Shown: one piece after another, positions 9,989-22,242 of the stretch
How the letters are laid out: each line of letters starts with the position of its first letter
Numbering within the stretch: position 1 is the first letter of the stretch
Source: Schizosaccharomyces osmophilus
Lineage: Eukaryota
NCBI RefSeq assembly: GCF_027921745.1
Contig: NC_079238.1
Location: 5,146,001-5,210,000, forward strand
Length of the DNA: 64,000 bases
Reading direction: 5' to 3'
The notes under the pieces: model-generated
Told to the model about the DNA's origin: nothing
Seen by the model: the letters and a program-made list of their open reading frames with translations, nothing else
Databases searched by the model: none
Translations under genes and position numbers: made by a program

Positions 9989-11485
9989 TTAGTCTATCAC
10001 ATCTATACTAGATAAAGAAGCGTAACCAGTAGCTACACCGCCTTCATGAGAAGAAACGGGCTTTGTACGGCATATATAGCCTGTGTTGCCATTGTTTAAT
10101 TCTTCAGCTGTTTTGGTATTCCAGACAATTGTTCCTAAAATGCCAATTTCATCAACAACATCGTATTTTTCAGCTACACTTCCTTTCAAGATGTAGTTCT
10201 GTGAAGGAAGAGATTTGATGTAACGCATCAAGATGTAGGAATCCCATTCTCCCTTGGGAAGACTGTTTAAGAGATCAGGAATGTCTTTTCCATAGGTGTT
10301 ATTCCCACCGCCTTCTCGCTGAGGCTTCATAACAAAGTCTTCAGAGTTTTCAAGAGCAAGCTTTATACCCTCCTGACCGCGGGGTGTATCATTCAAAGGA
10401 TACATATCAGCAAAAGTTGACTCAATGGCTTTTTGTTCTTCACCCTGCACAAATCTTTCAAGGGCATTGCTTTCGGCAAGCACCTGCTGAATCTTTTTCG
10501 AGCCTGCTAAGTGAGTTGCAATGGTGGGACACTTTATGGCAAGGGAATTTTCAATCGTCAAACGGATTTCCCACTCTTTGTTGGTAGGGTAGTCATCTAA
10601 TGCATAGCCGGATCGATAGTAAACGATAGCAACTTCGTAAATACCGTTGGGGTGATTGTAATAAAGCTTGTTGCTTTCTTCATCTCGAATCAACAGATCC
10701 AATTGACAAATGGCAACACGTCTTGATTTGATTTTAAAACGACCGACAAGCTCATATTCCAAAAGACGCTGATCGCAAATATTACGCTCGCTGTCTTTCA
10801 CGACAAATAAAATAATGGGCTCAGTCCCCTCAGTAGCATGCAATTTCTTCGAAGGGATCCTTTTTGCTTGTTCGCAGTAGGCATTGTAAGCACTAGAGAT
10901 ACCACTGCAAATGCCAGTGATGGAAGTATTGACGGTGAGGTAATCTAGTTCCATAGGTTTCTTATATAAACCTGAAGATGAACAATAAAAATGTAAATTG
11001 GCCATCATTTTACTAAGACCTCCAAAAGACACCGAGATGGTGTTGAATTCAACTTGCTTACTGGTAACTTCTTGGTCGTCTTTGTTCACCATATAATCTG
11101 ATCTGAAGATTCCAAGCGCTAAAGGCTGGCGTAACTCAGGCTTAAGCTTTTCATTAAATTCAAGATGTTTCACATGCAAGTCCCATAATTTTTCCATAAA
11201 CTTGTCGTACTTTGTGATAGGCTCTAAATGCGCCTTGAGAAATTCAGGATCATTGGCGATTTTGGCATAAAGCTTATTATAGGCTTTTTGCACAGAAACT
11301 CCTTGTAGGAAAGCTTCTCTTGGAATAGGACTAGGAAAAAGAGTCAATGGAACTTGGGTAGCTCGATTCGTATCCTCTTTTTTTTGTGCTCCATCTACAA
11401 ACAGTAAGCCATGAGCAGTTGCATAATCTCGTGCTGCCAAAGATAACTCTTCAATTTCCTGAGTACTGTAATTGTCTACTTCCAT
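9989..11485 (-). CDS. gsa1: Glutathione synthetase (eukaryotic type)
   Basis: FRSDYM, KQVEFNTISVSF, KPQREGGGNN, EGGVATG motifs. Confidence 0.97.
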   Translation of the reverse strand: MEVDNYSTQEIEELSLAARDYATAHGLLFVDGAQKKEDTNRATQVPLTLFPSPIPREAFLQGVSVQKAYNKLYAKIANDPEFLKAHLEPITKYDKFMEKLWDLHVKHLEFNEKLKPELRQPLALGIFRSDYMVNKDDQEVTSKQVEFNTISVSFGGLSKMMANLHFYCSSSGLYKKPMELDYLTVNTSITGICSGISSAYNAYCEQAKRIPSKKLHATEGTEPIILFVVKDSERNICDQRLLEYELVGRFKIKSRRVAICQLDLLIRDEESNKLYYNHPNGIYEVAIVYYRSGYALDDYPTNKEWEIRLTIENSLAIKCPTIATHLAGSKKIQQVLAESNALERFVQGEEQKAIESTFADMYPLNDTPRGQEGIKLALENSEDFVMKPQREGGGNNTYGKDIPDLLNSLPKGEWDSYILMRYIKSLPSQNYILKGSVAEKYDVVDEIGILGTIVWNTKTAEELNNGNTGYICRTKPVSSHEGGVATGYASLSSIDVID

Positions 11486-12000
11486 GTTTTAATGTCTTTG
11501 CTTTTCTGTGAATCCTTGTTGAATTCTATAGCTAAATTCACAATACAAACCAATAGCTGTTCGCTTTGAGATTGTAATTCAAAGTAACTAATAAAGGAAA
11601 GTCGGTTTTGAGGCGGGTATTCTTCAAAAAATGATTGAAAATGTGAGTTTCTCCAAATCTGTAGAGATGGGAAGTTCTGCTCGTACTTAAAGTTGTCCTG
11701 CTTAAGTAATCCCTAAACAGACCAAAGATGAACCAGAAATTCCTTATTTTTTGCTTTGTAGATGTTTTATAGAACCATAAGCTTAATGTAAATTAGAGGG
11801 TAATTATACTACAGACAAAAGGCATATACAGTAGATGTGCTTTTATTCTTCAAATATTCTAGAAAGGTTGCAAATAATTATCAAATAATGAGTATTATAC
11901 AATATACGAAGTCGAAACGATTTATACAAATAGTTCAGCTATTATAGTTTGAATAATACTCGTATCCAACCAAAAAATAAAACTATACAAAGTGAATCAC

Positions 12001-13971
12001 TTACTCTTGAGTAGCATTAAACTCACCAAACTTTTCTACAGCGTTCTTCCACAACATCTTACCCTCGGTTAAGGCTACAAGGGCATTGATTATGTCTTCT
12101 TGGGAACCACGAACTTGCTTGGTAGTATCACGCTCACGAAGAGTGATAGAGCTATTTTCAAGAGTCTCAAAATCAACGGTCAAGCCAAATGGGGTACCAA
12201 GTTCATCATTACGAGCATAACGACGGCCAATGTTAGCATTCGAATCGTCGACTTTGTTGGAAACACCCAAACTACGGAGCTTGGCAGACAATTTACGAAC
12301 AACAGGGTTGAATTCAGCGTTGCGGCTCAATGGAACAATAAGAGCTTTGATGGGAGCAACGACGGCGGGGAATGACAAAACACCACGTTGAGTGTCTTCA
12401 GGACGAGCCCAAAAGCTGTGTTCCATAAGGCAATACAAGAGACGGCCCAAGCCAAAGGAAGGCTCGATAACGTTGGGTGTAAAGGTACGAGTGTGTTCTT
12501 TACGTTGTTGTTTTTCAACAGTAACAAGTTCGGCATCTACTTCGTGCTCGACACCGTTTGCAACGACGGTAACCCTACCTTGAGAAGCCAATTGAGCACT
12601 CTTGGTTTCCTTGACTTCCTGAGTCCAGTTAAGCATTTCTTCTTCGACAGCCTTGGCATCACGCTTGAAACGAGGTCCGAATTTCTTCTTGTTAACCTCA
12701 ACAACATACTCCTCGACTACGATGGGTTCAGGAAGAGCTTCTTGAACAACCAAAGGAGTCTTGGTGGCCTTGCTATGGACGGTCAAATCGTAGGCACTAC
12801 GGTCAGCGCAACCAACACATTCAATCCATCCGTATGAACATTGAATTTCGGCATCCCAGCAATCGCAAGCATAATGAGCCATTTCGTTGCTCATGTGCTG
12901 GCGGAAACGAAGACGAGACATATCGATACCGATTTTTTCTAAGAAGAGACTAATACGAGCCATAAAATAACCCAAAGTGGTATTGTCGACAACACCCTTT
13001 TTGACAGCGTCACCAATAGTCATTTCTACGACCTCGCTCTTTCCTTCGACTTGAACAGCTCTGGGCAAAAGACGAAGAGGAATATGGGCAACTTCATCAA
13101 AGCGATCATGTTCTTTATTTTGGGGATCGACAAAATGCTCTACTTCACCCATCAAGAATTCACGAACACGTAAAAGACCACTACGGGGAGAGATTTCGTT
13201 TCGGAAAGCCTTGCCAATCATAGCACTAGCGAAGGGGACCTTACCGTTGTTGAATTCGAGTAAACGGTTAAAGTTCAAGAATTGACCCTGAGCGGTTTCA
13301 GGACGAAGGTAACCTTGCAAACCTCCGCTAGGACCTATCTGAGTCTGAAACATCAAATTAAACTGGCGAGGGCTTTCAAGTTCACCATTGTTAGCAGGGT
13401 TACGAATATCATGAACCTTCATGATATCAGTAAGTTGTTGGCCGTCATAGTTGTCAATCTGAGCAAGGATAAATTCATATTCGCGCACAGTTTCATCGTC
13501 CAGACGAGTGACCTTAATTTCCTTCACCTTTTTCTTGCGCTTTTTCTTGTCTTCAGATTCTTCCTGAACAGCGACGTTTGTAGCACCAGTTTCTTTAGCA
13601 CGGGCTTCCTTGTCACCCTTTAAACGAGCCTCCAAAACTTCCTCAACCAAATGGTCAGCACGGAAGATCTCACCAGTGGAAGGATCTTTGCACATCCAAT
13701 CACAAAACTTGTCAACGTGGCCGCTAGTCTTCAAAACATCATGAGGAGTAAGCATGGAGCAATCTACTTCCAACATACTTTCCTCAATAATAAAGTGTTT
13801 TCTCCACAAGTCCACGATGTTGGTTTGAAGGGCAGAACCAGGAGGGCCATAGTCGAAAAGACCACTAATACCGCCATAAATTTGGAATGAGGGGGAAAAG
13901 AAGAATCGCTTCTTCATCAATTCCTCGAATTGACTGCGATCGAAAGGAACGCTTCTCGATAGATCCGCCAT
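12001..13971 (-). CDS. grs1: Glycyl-tRNA synthetase (first AUG at 13971; in-frame upstream extension discussed in findings)
   Basis: LRPETAQGQF, FRNEISPRSGLLRVREF and IEPSFGLGR class II motifs. Confidence 0.97.
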   Translation of the reverse strand: MADLSRSVPFDRSQFEELMKKRFFFSPSFQIYGGISGLFDYGPPGSALQTNIVDLWRKHFIIEESMLEVDCSMLTPHDVLKTSGHVDKFCDWMCKDPSTGEIFRADHLVEEVLEARLKGDKEARAKETGATNVAVQEESEDKKKRKKKVKEIKVTRLDDETVREYEFILAQIDNYDGQQLTDIMKVHDIRNPANNGELESPRQFNLMFQTQIGPSGGLQGYLRPETAQGQFLNFNRLLEFNNGKVPFASAMIGKAFRNEISPRSGLLRVREFLMGEVEHFVDPQNKEHDRFDEVAHIPLRLLPRAVQVEGKSEVVEMTIGDAVKKGVVDNTTLGYFMARISLFLEKIGIDMSRLRFRQHMSNEMAHYACDCWDAEIQCSYGWIECVGCADRSAYDLTVHSKATKTPLVVQEALPEPIVVEEYVVEVNKKKFGPRFKRDAKAVEEEMLNWTQEVKETKSAQLASQGRVTVVANGVEHEVDAELVTVEKQQRKEHTRTFTPNVIEPSFGLGRLLYCLMEHSFWARPEDTQRGVLSFPAVVAPIKALIVPLSRNAEFNPVVRKLSAKLRSLGVSNKVDDSNANIGRRYARNDELGTPFGLTVDFETLENSSITLRERDTTKQVRGSQEDIINALVALTEGKMLWKNAVEKFGEFNATQE

Positions 13972-15673
13972 TTTTCTTCTGACAACCCGTTTACCAAAAA
14001 GAACACAAGTACCACGAAATGCTTGAAAAGACCGTATTTTGATACCTGCGAAAAGCTCAAAAATCAATGCTTTTCGCTTGATCTGTCTACGAAGGAGTTG
14101 TTGGCACTTGGAAAAAGCAAAACCTCTTGAAGCAAATTACAAATATAGTGGGGTGTAATGTACTCGTTATTTGGGTTTTGCATCTTCTGGATTACAATGG
14201 CTTAGTAAATAAAAAGTGAAAAGAATGTGCTTTTAAATGGTTGATTCTTGTACATATGGTATGACTTCGCCTATTGTTTACGATGATAGCTAGCAGTGAT
14301 ATCCTTTGACAATTTATGGAATTCCCCTGTTGGGAATGTAATCATTGGGATGGACGGTTTGAAGGGTTGCCTTTTGTGCTAGCGATGGTTCCTATGCATT
14401 AGAAAAGTATCAGTCTTTATAGTCCTGTTCATGTTTTTGCTCGTGATTTGCCAGGTCGCTGAGGTTGAAGATGTAGATGTAGCTTGTAGTACGACAATTC
14501 AGCATCCGTCTTTGCTGAATATTCTCTTCAAGTCTTTTTTGAAGGCCTTCTTTTTGTGAAAAATGAAAAGCAGATGTCAAACGAGCATTGTACGTTACAC
14601 CTAAACACTTTCGTGGGTATTGCACTCACAAAGGATTAGGTTTTTCGCTACTGTCCTCTTGAAGAGCATCGAAAATTCTCTAGTGGTAAATGTTGCTTGG
14701 CGCTGGTTCTATTCCATTCTATATTATGAATTCCTTTCTACCGTAATGCCAGTTCAGAAATCTCTGATTGGAAAGAAAGACTCCAATGGAATGAATACAA
14801 TCCTAAGAGAGGCATTCCTTTACTACCAGAGAGTTCCTTTTCAGTGGATGGGACAGCTATGGACATTGTCCAAACATTGAAACAAAATGTCTGCAAAAAG
14901 AAAACTTGCCGATCATCTAAAACTTCTCGCTAAAACAGAACCAGCTACTATATGCCTTGAAGTAGAAAATCCACGATTTATTATATGGTTTATTTGTCGT
15001 TTCGATAGACAGTTTCATCTCTACAAACCATGAAACCAACAACATTCAAAACAGAAAACCAAAGCAGCTTTTTCATGCATTCAGCCACAAAATATTTATT
15101 CTTCGACTCATTAACCTGAAAGCCTCTGTTTGTATCCTATTCGATTTTTATTTTATTTTATTGACTTTCATTTTTCCTTTGTTTACATGCATTTTTGTGC
15201 ATCCAAACGACATGGATCGATGTTTGCTTTAGCATCACTACAGCCCACTAAAAGAAATATATTGGCAATTTCACATCTTAGCATTGGTCTTCTACAAACA
15301 CCAATTGTTGCATAAGACGCTAAAAAATCGCCTTTAAAACTTTTTCTTTAGAATCCATACGCTCTGAATTGTTTACAAGAAGAAAATTTCGTTCAGAATG
15401 TTGGTCTTATAGTAGGTTGACTGCTTTGCTCTTCTTTTCCTTGTTTCCTTAAATTTATCTTTTTTATAAGCATTTACTGTGTATTTCCTTTTTTCAGTTT
15501 TTTTCTGTATTTTCGCGCGTTGACAACTTTTCTTTGCGCCAGGAATTGGAGTGATAGAATTCTATCTATTTGTTACATTGTTTGGGCACGGATACCTCTT
15601 CTCATTTTGCCGTCAATCTATTATTCCCTAGTGTGTTATTCAAAAAAATAATTGGCTATTTATTGTGTAAACG

Positions 15674-18322
15674 ATGTTTACCAAAGCTAGAAAATGGATA
15701 CAATGGATAGTGCCGAATTTTGGATTTTTGGCTATCCATTACTCGTATATCATTGTTTTGGTGATCATATGCTCGATTTTGCTATTCACGGGTGGTGCCA
15801 AAATAGCATACATTGATGCCTTATTTTTGGCAAGTAGTAGCGTCACTCAAACTGGTCTCAATACTGTCAATTTGATCGATCTTACCACTTGGCAACAATT
15901 TGTCATCTTTTTTTTTCCTATTGTGAGCGTCCCCATTTGGATGCATGGCGCGATTTCCTTTGTTCGCTTGTATTGGTTTCGAAGAAAATGCAGATACGTG
16001 ATCAGACAAAATCGTACTCGCCGTTTTCAACGTAATGTTCGTCGTAAACAACTTAAACAAGAAAAGAAAAACGAGAAACAGGGTGTGAGGGGAAGAAAAA
16101 TTCAAGTTTTACTTCCTCACCAAGCAAATGATGATTCTGATCCAGCTCCTACTTTTGGTAACCCTGATATCACATCCACTGAATATCCTCAAGAAGACCC
16201 TTCTTCTAACCCAGTGCCTATATCTCCAAAAGCTATTCCCAAAGAACCAGAAACGGACACCCGTACAACACTCTCCATTCAAGAACTTTCCGACATAGAT
16301 TTGGAGGATCCGGAAACCAATAATACTGTGGACCCTTCTTCGAATCTTCCTTCCAAAAAATTTGATGTGGACGAGGAAATAGAAATGGACGATCTTCATC
16401 CTCGTTTACGAAGACAGAATTCGGTTATAACAGCTTTTTTAAATAATAATGATGATGTTCATGAAACTCAATCGTACAGCGAGAAAGGAATACCACCTGT
16501 TCCTATGCCTTATTGCCTTTCTGATACAAATTTGCTCAACTTGCAAGACACCCCCGTCGGTTCCAGTCTCCCCACTTCTAATAATAAAGCTTCTATCACT
16601 ATTTACGAACCAAAAAAAAATACATATTCTACGTCAGTCTCTTCCGAGTCAGAAAACCATTCCCAGGAAGACGTCCATATAGCCTTTACTAATCTTCATA
16701 AACCGACTCTTGAGCGAAAACGTCAAGAAGATTTAGTAGAAAATAAAAAATTCTTTCAGAAAAAGCCCACAAGGTTTAGACGGATGAGTGCTCCCATGCG
16801 CTGGACAAAATCTCTGAGCGTGAATCCTAGAAGTCTGACACTTGAAAGAGTTTTATCCAGCGCCTTTGGCAGAAGAAGAGAAGGAACGAACTCCTCTTCC
16901 AGAAGCACCGTAATGTCTTTACCCTACCTTTCTTACAATCCGACGGTCGATCGAAACTCTGCTTTTGTCGAGTTGTCGAGAGAGCAACGTGATGAATTAG
17001 GTGGTATAGAATATAGGGCTCTTAAATGTGTATGCACTGTGGTTTCGATATATTTTATACTTACCAACATCTTCGCTATCGTTATCTTCATTGTTTTCTC
17101 GTATACTGCTCACGGTTCTTATTTAATAATCGATTCTCTCGGCTTGAAAAGAGGATGGTGGGCTCTGTTTACTTCTGTTTCTTCATTTAATGACCTTGGA
17201 TACTCGCTAGTACCCGCATCATTTTCACCCTTTAATAAAAACATTTTTCTTCTATTAATTTCTTCCCTTTTCATCATTGCCGGAAATACAGGATTTCCCG
17301 TTTTTTTACGTTTATTCATTTGGTTCTTCTACAAAATTTTACCATTAGGTCAAGAGAAAAAAGAAGCCATGGCTTTTCTATTAGACCACCCACGTCGTTG
17401 TTTCACTCTTCTATTTCCATCTGGATCCACGTGGTGGTTATTTTTCATCTTGCTTGGTTTGAATGCAATAGATTTGATTTTATTTATGTCATTAGACATA
17501 AAAAATGAATCAATAGTGGGCCTTCCTAGAGGTATGCGCGTTGTCAATGCCTTATTTCAATCAGTTTGCACGAGAACTGCAGGATTTACCAGCATCACTT
17601 TATCCGCATTACATCCTGCCGTTTTAGTAAGTTATTTAATCATGATGTACATATCAGTTTATCCTGTGGCTATCAATATGAGAAATACCAACGTTTACGA
17701 AGAACGATCTCTTGGTGTATACACTTTTGACGAAGAAGAGCATAAGTCTTTTCTGAAAAATCACTTGACTGAGCAAGTGAGTCATGACCTTTGGTGTATC
17801 TTCCTCGGGCTTTTTATTATTTGCATATGCGAAGGTGGAAAAATAGCAAATAATAATGATACTGTAAGATCTTTCCCTGTCGATAACCATTGCTAATTTT
17901 TTTTAGGACTTTACAATTTTCGCAGTATTGTTTGAAATCGTTTCGGCTTACGGAACCGTAGGTCTAAGTACTGGTTAGTATTTTAGACAATTGACTTTAT
18001 GACGTTGTGCTAACTATATTGTCAGGTTTATCTACTTCTGCATGTTCTCTTTCGGCAAGGTTTACAAAGTTAAGTAAACTTGTAATCATTGCTCTGCAAA
18101 TTCGCGGACGGCATAGAGGTCTTCCAAGAGCTGTTGATCGCGCTGTATGTTCAACACAATTTATATTCAATCGATATAAAAATGGGCTAACGTTTGAAAT
18201 AGATTTTACTACCTACCGAAAAAAATAACCTAAAAGAAGAAGAAGATCATCGACGACGACAAGAATTAAGCCGTACTATAAGTTACTCAAGAGCAAGTGT
18301 TTCAATACATAGGGATGAATAA
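15674..18322 (+). CDS. trk1: Trk family potassium transporter; exons 15674-17863, 17907-17973, 18026-18144, 18203-18322
   Basis: SSVTQTGLN, SFNDLGY, CTRTAGF and SAYGTVGLSTG pore motifs. GT..CTAA..AG introns restore the frame. Confidence 0.92.
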
Positions 18323-18419
18323 ATCCCATAATTTCATTGTCACATTTGATCTAGGTGTTGTATATTATAATAGAATGAAAAATTAAATAATTAGAGGTTA
18401 AATTAAAGCTATAATAATA

Positions 18420-20678
18420 TTAAATACCAGCTCGATAGACGGTTTGACCACCGTTTCGCATTTGAACTGTTTCTTTTGAAGCTAAAATTTGCAGAGCCAT
18501 TTCCAAAGCGCGCTGAGAATAACCGTGCTATATATATGTCAGTAAATAAATAAGATAGAAAACATTCAGCTTTACTTACTCCATTCACGTATTCACGAAT
18601 TAGCATACGATAGCTTGCCTGAAAACCGATAGGTAAGCGCTTTTTTAAACTACCCTCAATCTTTTTTACTTCTTCAGTAACTTCCGGAGAAGCTTGTGTA
18701 GCTGCAGCTAGAGTACTTGTTAAAAACAAGCGAATAGCCTCTGTTGCATGAACCTCTGTTGCTATACTGGACATTGACATTTTAGCCAGTGCTTCAGTAA
18801 TTCGTATAATAGCCTCCAATTGACGGACGGTGATAGGAATACTTGATCGTACATTAGTGTCTTGTTCTGATTGATGTACTTGTTTTCGAATGGCAACGAA
18901 TTGACTCGAGAGTTTCTCAGCAGCTTCGGCGCTCAAGAGGGGGGCGCATTTACTAAATATTGTTAGAAAATAGTAAGAAATTAAAGGAAATGAACTCACT
19001 GTCTGCAATAATTGATGTAGCGTCGAAATTTTTCGAAAGGAATTTCTCCGATTGCTAATGTTTCCATTGATTCTTGCAAGTTTGTATGAAGACTGATAAC
19101 GTGACGAGCAATGCTTCGATCTCTTGATTCGTCGTGTTCATCTTTGACAATAAATATCATATCGAATCTCGACAAAATTGTTGACTGGAAATCAATATTT
19201 TCACCGGGAGATTTCATATCATCATATCTTCCGAAAATTGGGTTTGCCGCAGCCAATACAGACGTCCTTGAATTCAAAATAGTGGTGATGCCAGCTTTTG
19301 CAATGGATATTGTTTGTTGCTCCATAGCTTCATGAATTGCAACACGATCTTCATCTCTCATTTTGTCAAATTCATCGATACAAACAATTCCGCCATCCGC
19401 CAGAACCATTGCACCTCCTTCCAAATAAAAATCACCGGAAGCACTATCTCTTTGTACCGAAGCTGTTAAACCAGCGGCACTAGAACCTTTACCTGATGTA
19501 TATACGGCAATAGGAGCCAGCCGTTCTACAAACTTCAAAAACTGAGATTTAGCAGTACCCGGATCACCTAGTAAAAGAACGTTGATATCACCTCTGAGCC
19601 GCATTCCATCAGGTAAAATCTTTTTGGAACCAGAAAATAACAAACAGGCAATAGATTTTTTTATATCAATATTACCATAAATTGCAGGAGCAATACTGTT
19701 GGAAATGATTTCATACAGATTCTGAGTACGAGAGATTTCTAGAAATTCTTCTTCTTCCTCTTCACTGAATAGAGGTGTAGATTTGGTGCCCTCCTCTGAA
19801 TTTAATTGAATACCAATTACGCGAACATATGGATTTCGAATAGCAACAGCACCACTAGATTTGACCGATTTGTTTTGGAATATTGAAAAAATACCAGTAA
19901 TTACACAACGTGTTCCTGGAGTAATTTGGTTTGTAAGATAACGATCGGCATTCAATAAAATATGGCGAGGAAGTTCACCAACAGGGACCATATCAGGGGC
20001 TTCTTGAAGTTTTAGGACTTGTTGGTCAATAAAGAAAGATTTAGAATGGTCAATGATATAAGGATCCATGGGACATTCTTTTTTCTCGCCATCTAAAACA
20101 GGAGCATCACAAACACGAGGAAGCTGTATGCCAGTGAAGCCACCAGAAACAGGCAAGGATTTGGTAGAACGACAATTTCTACAAACTATATGCAGAGAAG
20201 TTGCGCGACAAGACAATGTAGATGCACCGATAATGATACCGGGAATACGAACCAATTTAGAGATATGAGTAGCAGTCAAATCACGAATAGAAAGAATATT
20301 GGCATCATAATGAAGGGTAACTTGACATGTTGGAATAAGAACAGAAGGACTTTCGGGACTTCGATACAGCAATCGTTTTGCGACCGTAGTAACAGCAGAT
20401 TCAAATAGCGATAGAAGTTCCGTTGGCTGGCTAGAAAGCAAATGAGCTAGATCCTCATCAAAGCTAATCAAATGCTTAAGATCAACTTTCAGTAGGTACT
20501 GGTTAATCATCAAATTGTCACGAAGCTGACTACGATAAACAAAATTGTTGTCGATGACAAACTCATCGATGAAACGAACGAAACTTTTTTCATGATTTAC
20601 ATTAGAGTCTTCTTCTTGATCTCCGGGGAGAACAGGGGTATAGTATACACTACTTTGTTCCCAACCTGTAGCAGCCAT
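18420..20678 (-). CDS. mcm5: MCM helicase subunit Mcm5 (two introns near the 3' end, ~18952-18999 and ~18528-18578)
   Basis: GDPGTAKSQ Walker [13 protein letters not shown] finger, [14 protein letters not shown] at 20678. Confidence 0.95.
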
Positions 20679-21557
20679 TGTATGTGGAAAAACGAAAGTA
20701 AAACCAAGTGATCGTTGAAAAAAAAAAGAAATGAAAAAAAAGAAGAGACGATTGAAAGAAAGAAAGAAAGAATTCAAATTGGTGCTATGGTTCAACGACA
20801 GAAAAATGAACTTTGACAAAAAATTCACCGAAAAACAAGAAAAAGAGTGGAATAAAATGAATTGATGGAGAAATGAACAAAGTTTAACCGGAATAAAAAA
20901 AATAATAAATAAAAATGCCCGTAAACGGCCAAATTCTTACAATTTGAAAAATAGGCAAAGATTGGCCTGAGAGTAGGTAGAAGAAGTAGGATCGTAGTTG
21001 AAACAGGCAAAGAATGTGCACGCTGGAGACTACGAAAGCACTGAATAAAACTACTTTTGCAAAATATGAAGTTAAAAATGAACTAAAAAGGAAGCGGGCG
21101 TCTTTGGAAAATCTACAACGACTATAAAAGTTGGCATCGATACAGCATGCATAATTACTGTCACAGAAACGACAAATGCAGTAAAGAAGAGCTAATTCGC
21201 AATACTAAAAGAAAGGAAGTTGCAAGTCATTTTATTATCTGTTGTATGTTTCAAAAGCAAGAAAGAACCCATCTCTATTTCCTTGAAGATGATGCATTAT
21301 TCTTTCAAGGCAAAAGAAGATCAAACAAGGTAGGATTAGGCAAGAATACGAGATAGCAAAATGCAGGTCACCAGTGAATAATCTTGAAGAGTTGAATGGA
21401 TGAACCATTGGGACAGAGACCAAGACATGCTGCAACAATAGTAAGATTGAGTTTTTAGAAAGATATAATAAAGAGGAGATTTAAAAAGAAAAGAAGGCCA
21501 AAGAAGAAATCACAAGTGAAAGGAATCCCTTCAAAAATGAGAAAGACTGTTTTTGTT

Positions 21558-22242
21558 TTAATGGAACAAATCTTCCTTCATAGAGATACCAAGCTCTTCA
21601 CATACAGGCTTCAGCTCCTTTAAATAAGCAGCATATTGTTCTTTGCTTGGTAATTTGACCTTGATACCCTCAAAGATGCGAACAGCAGTAGGGAAGTCGT
21701 TGACACGACGAGCAGCACGGATGGCTTGCTCAATCACATCGGAAGAAGGGACGATATCGTATGCAAAGCAGTTGTTAAGACCACGTTGAAGCTCAAATTG
21801 ATCTTGAACGGTGGAAAAGAAGTCATTGTACCTAGATAGATGTTAATACATGTACCCTGAATTGTTGAAAGACATCAAGAACGGTAGTGACTCCTTAGGC
21901 ATATTCTTGGTAACAACTCCCTTTATTTTTTTTGTAAACAGATATAAAGAAATTTAGTCTTTACTATATCTGCTTCTTTTAGAGAGTACGCGACCCAGAA
22001 TGGAAAAAGGAATAGGACCCATGGAAGCCACCTTAAGTCTCCCAAGCTTGCACGTTTATTTTAAAGGACTTAAAACGGAATTTTTATACTTACTTGGTAT
22101 TTATCTCCTCTAAAGAAGCAGAATGATTGCTGGAAAAGCGGAACTGACCGGCAGAAGCAAAACCCAGACGGGAAGGACGAACAAAGGCAGAAGAGGCGGC
22201 AAACCGACCTTGAGATTGAATAAGACGTTGAAAGTTCTTCAT
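21558..22242 (-). CDS. cox6: Cytochrome c oxidase subunit VI (COX5A family); exons 22242-22094, 21831-21558
   Basis: Not in the ORF track. Spliced translation gives a presequence followed by DQFELQRGLNNCFAYDIVPS..IRAARRVNDFPTAVRIFEGIK. Confidence 0.93.

Noticed and set aside
12100..13890. Antisense ORFs within grs1 (and likewise in crm1, elo2, PNP and ribosomal-protein genes)
   Set aside because: Expected shadow frames of codon-biased genes.
20679..20828. 50-aa N-terminal extension of Mcm5 in the ORF track
   Set aside because: GTG start and Phe-rich translation of a T-rich 5' UTR. Similarity begins at the ATG at 20678.
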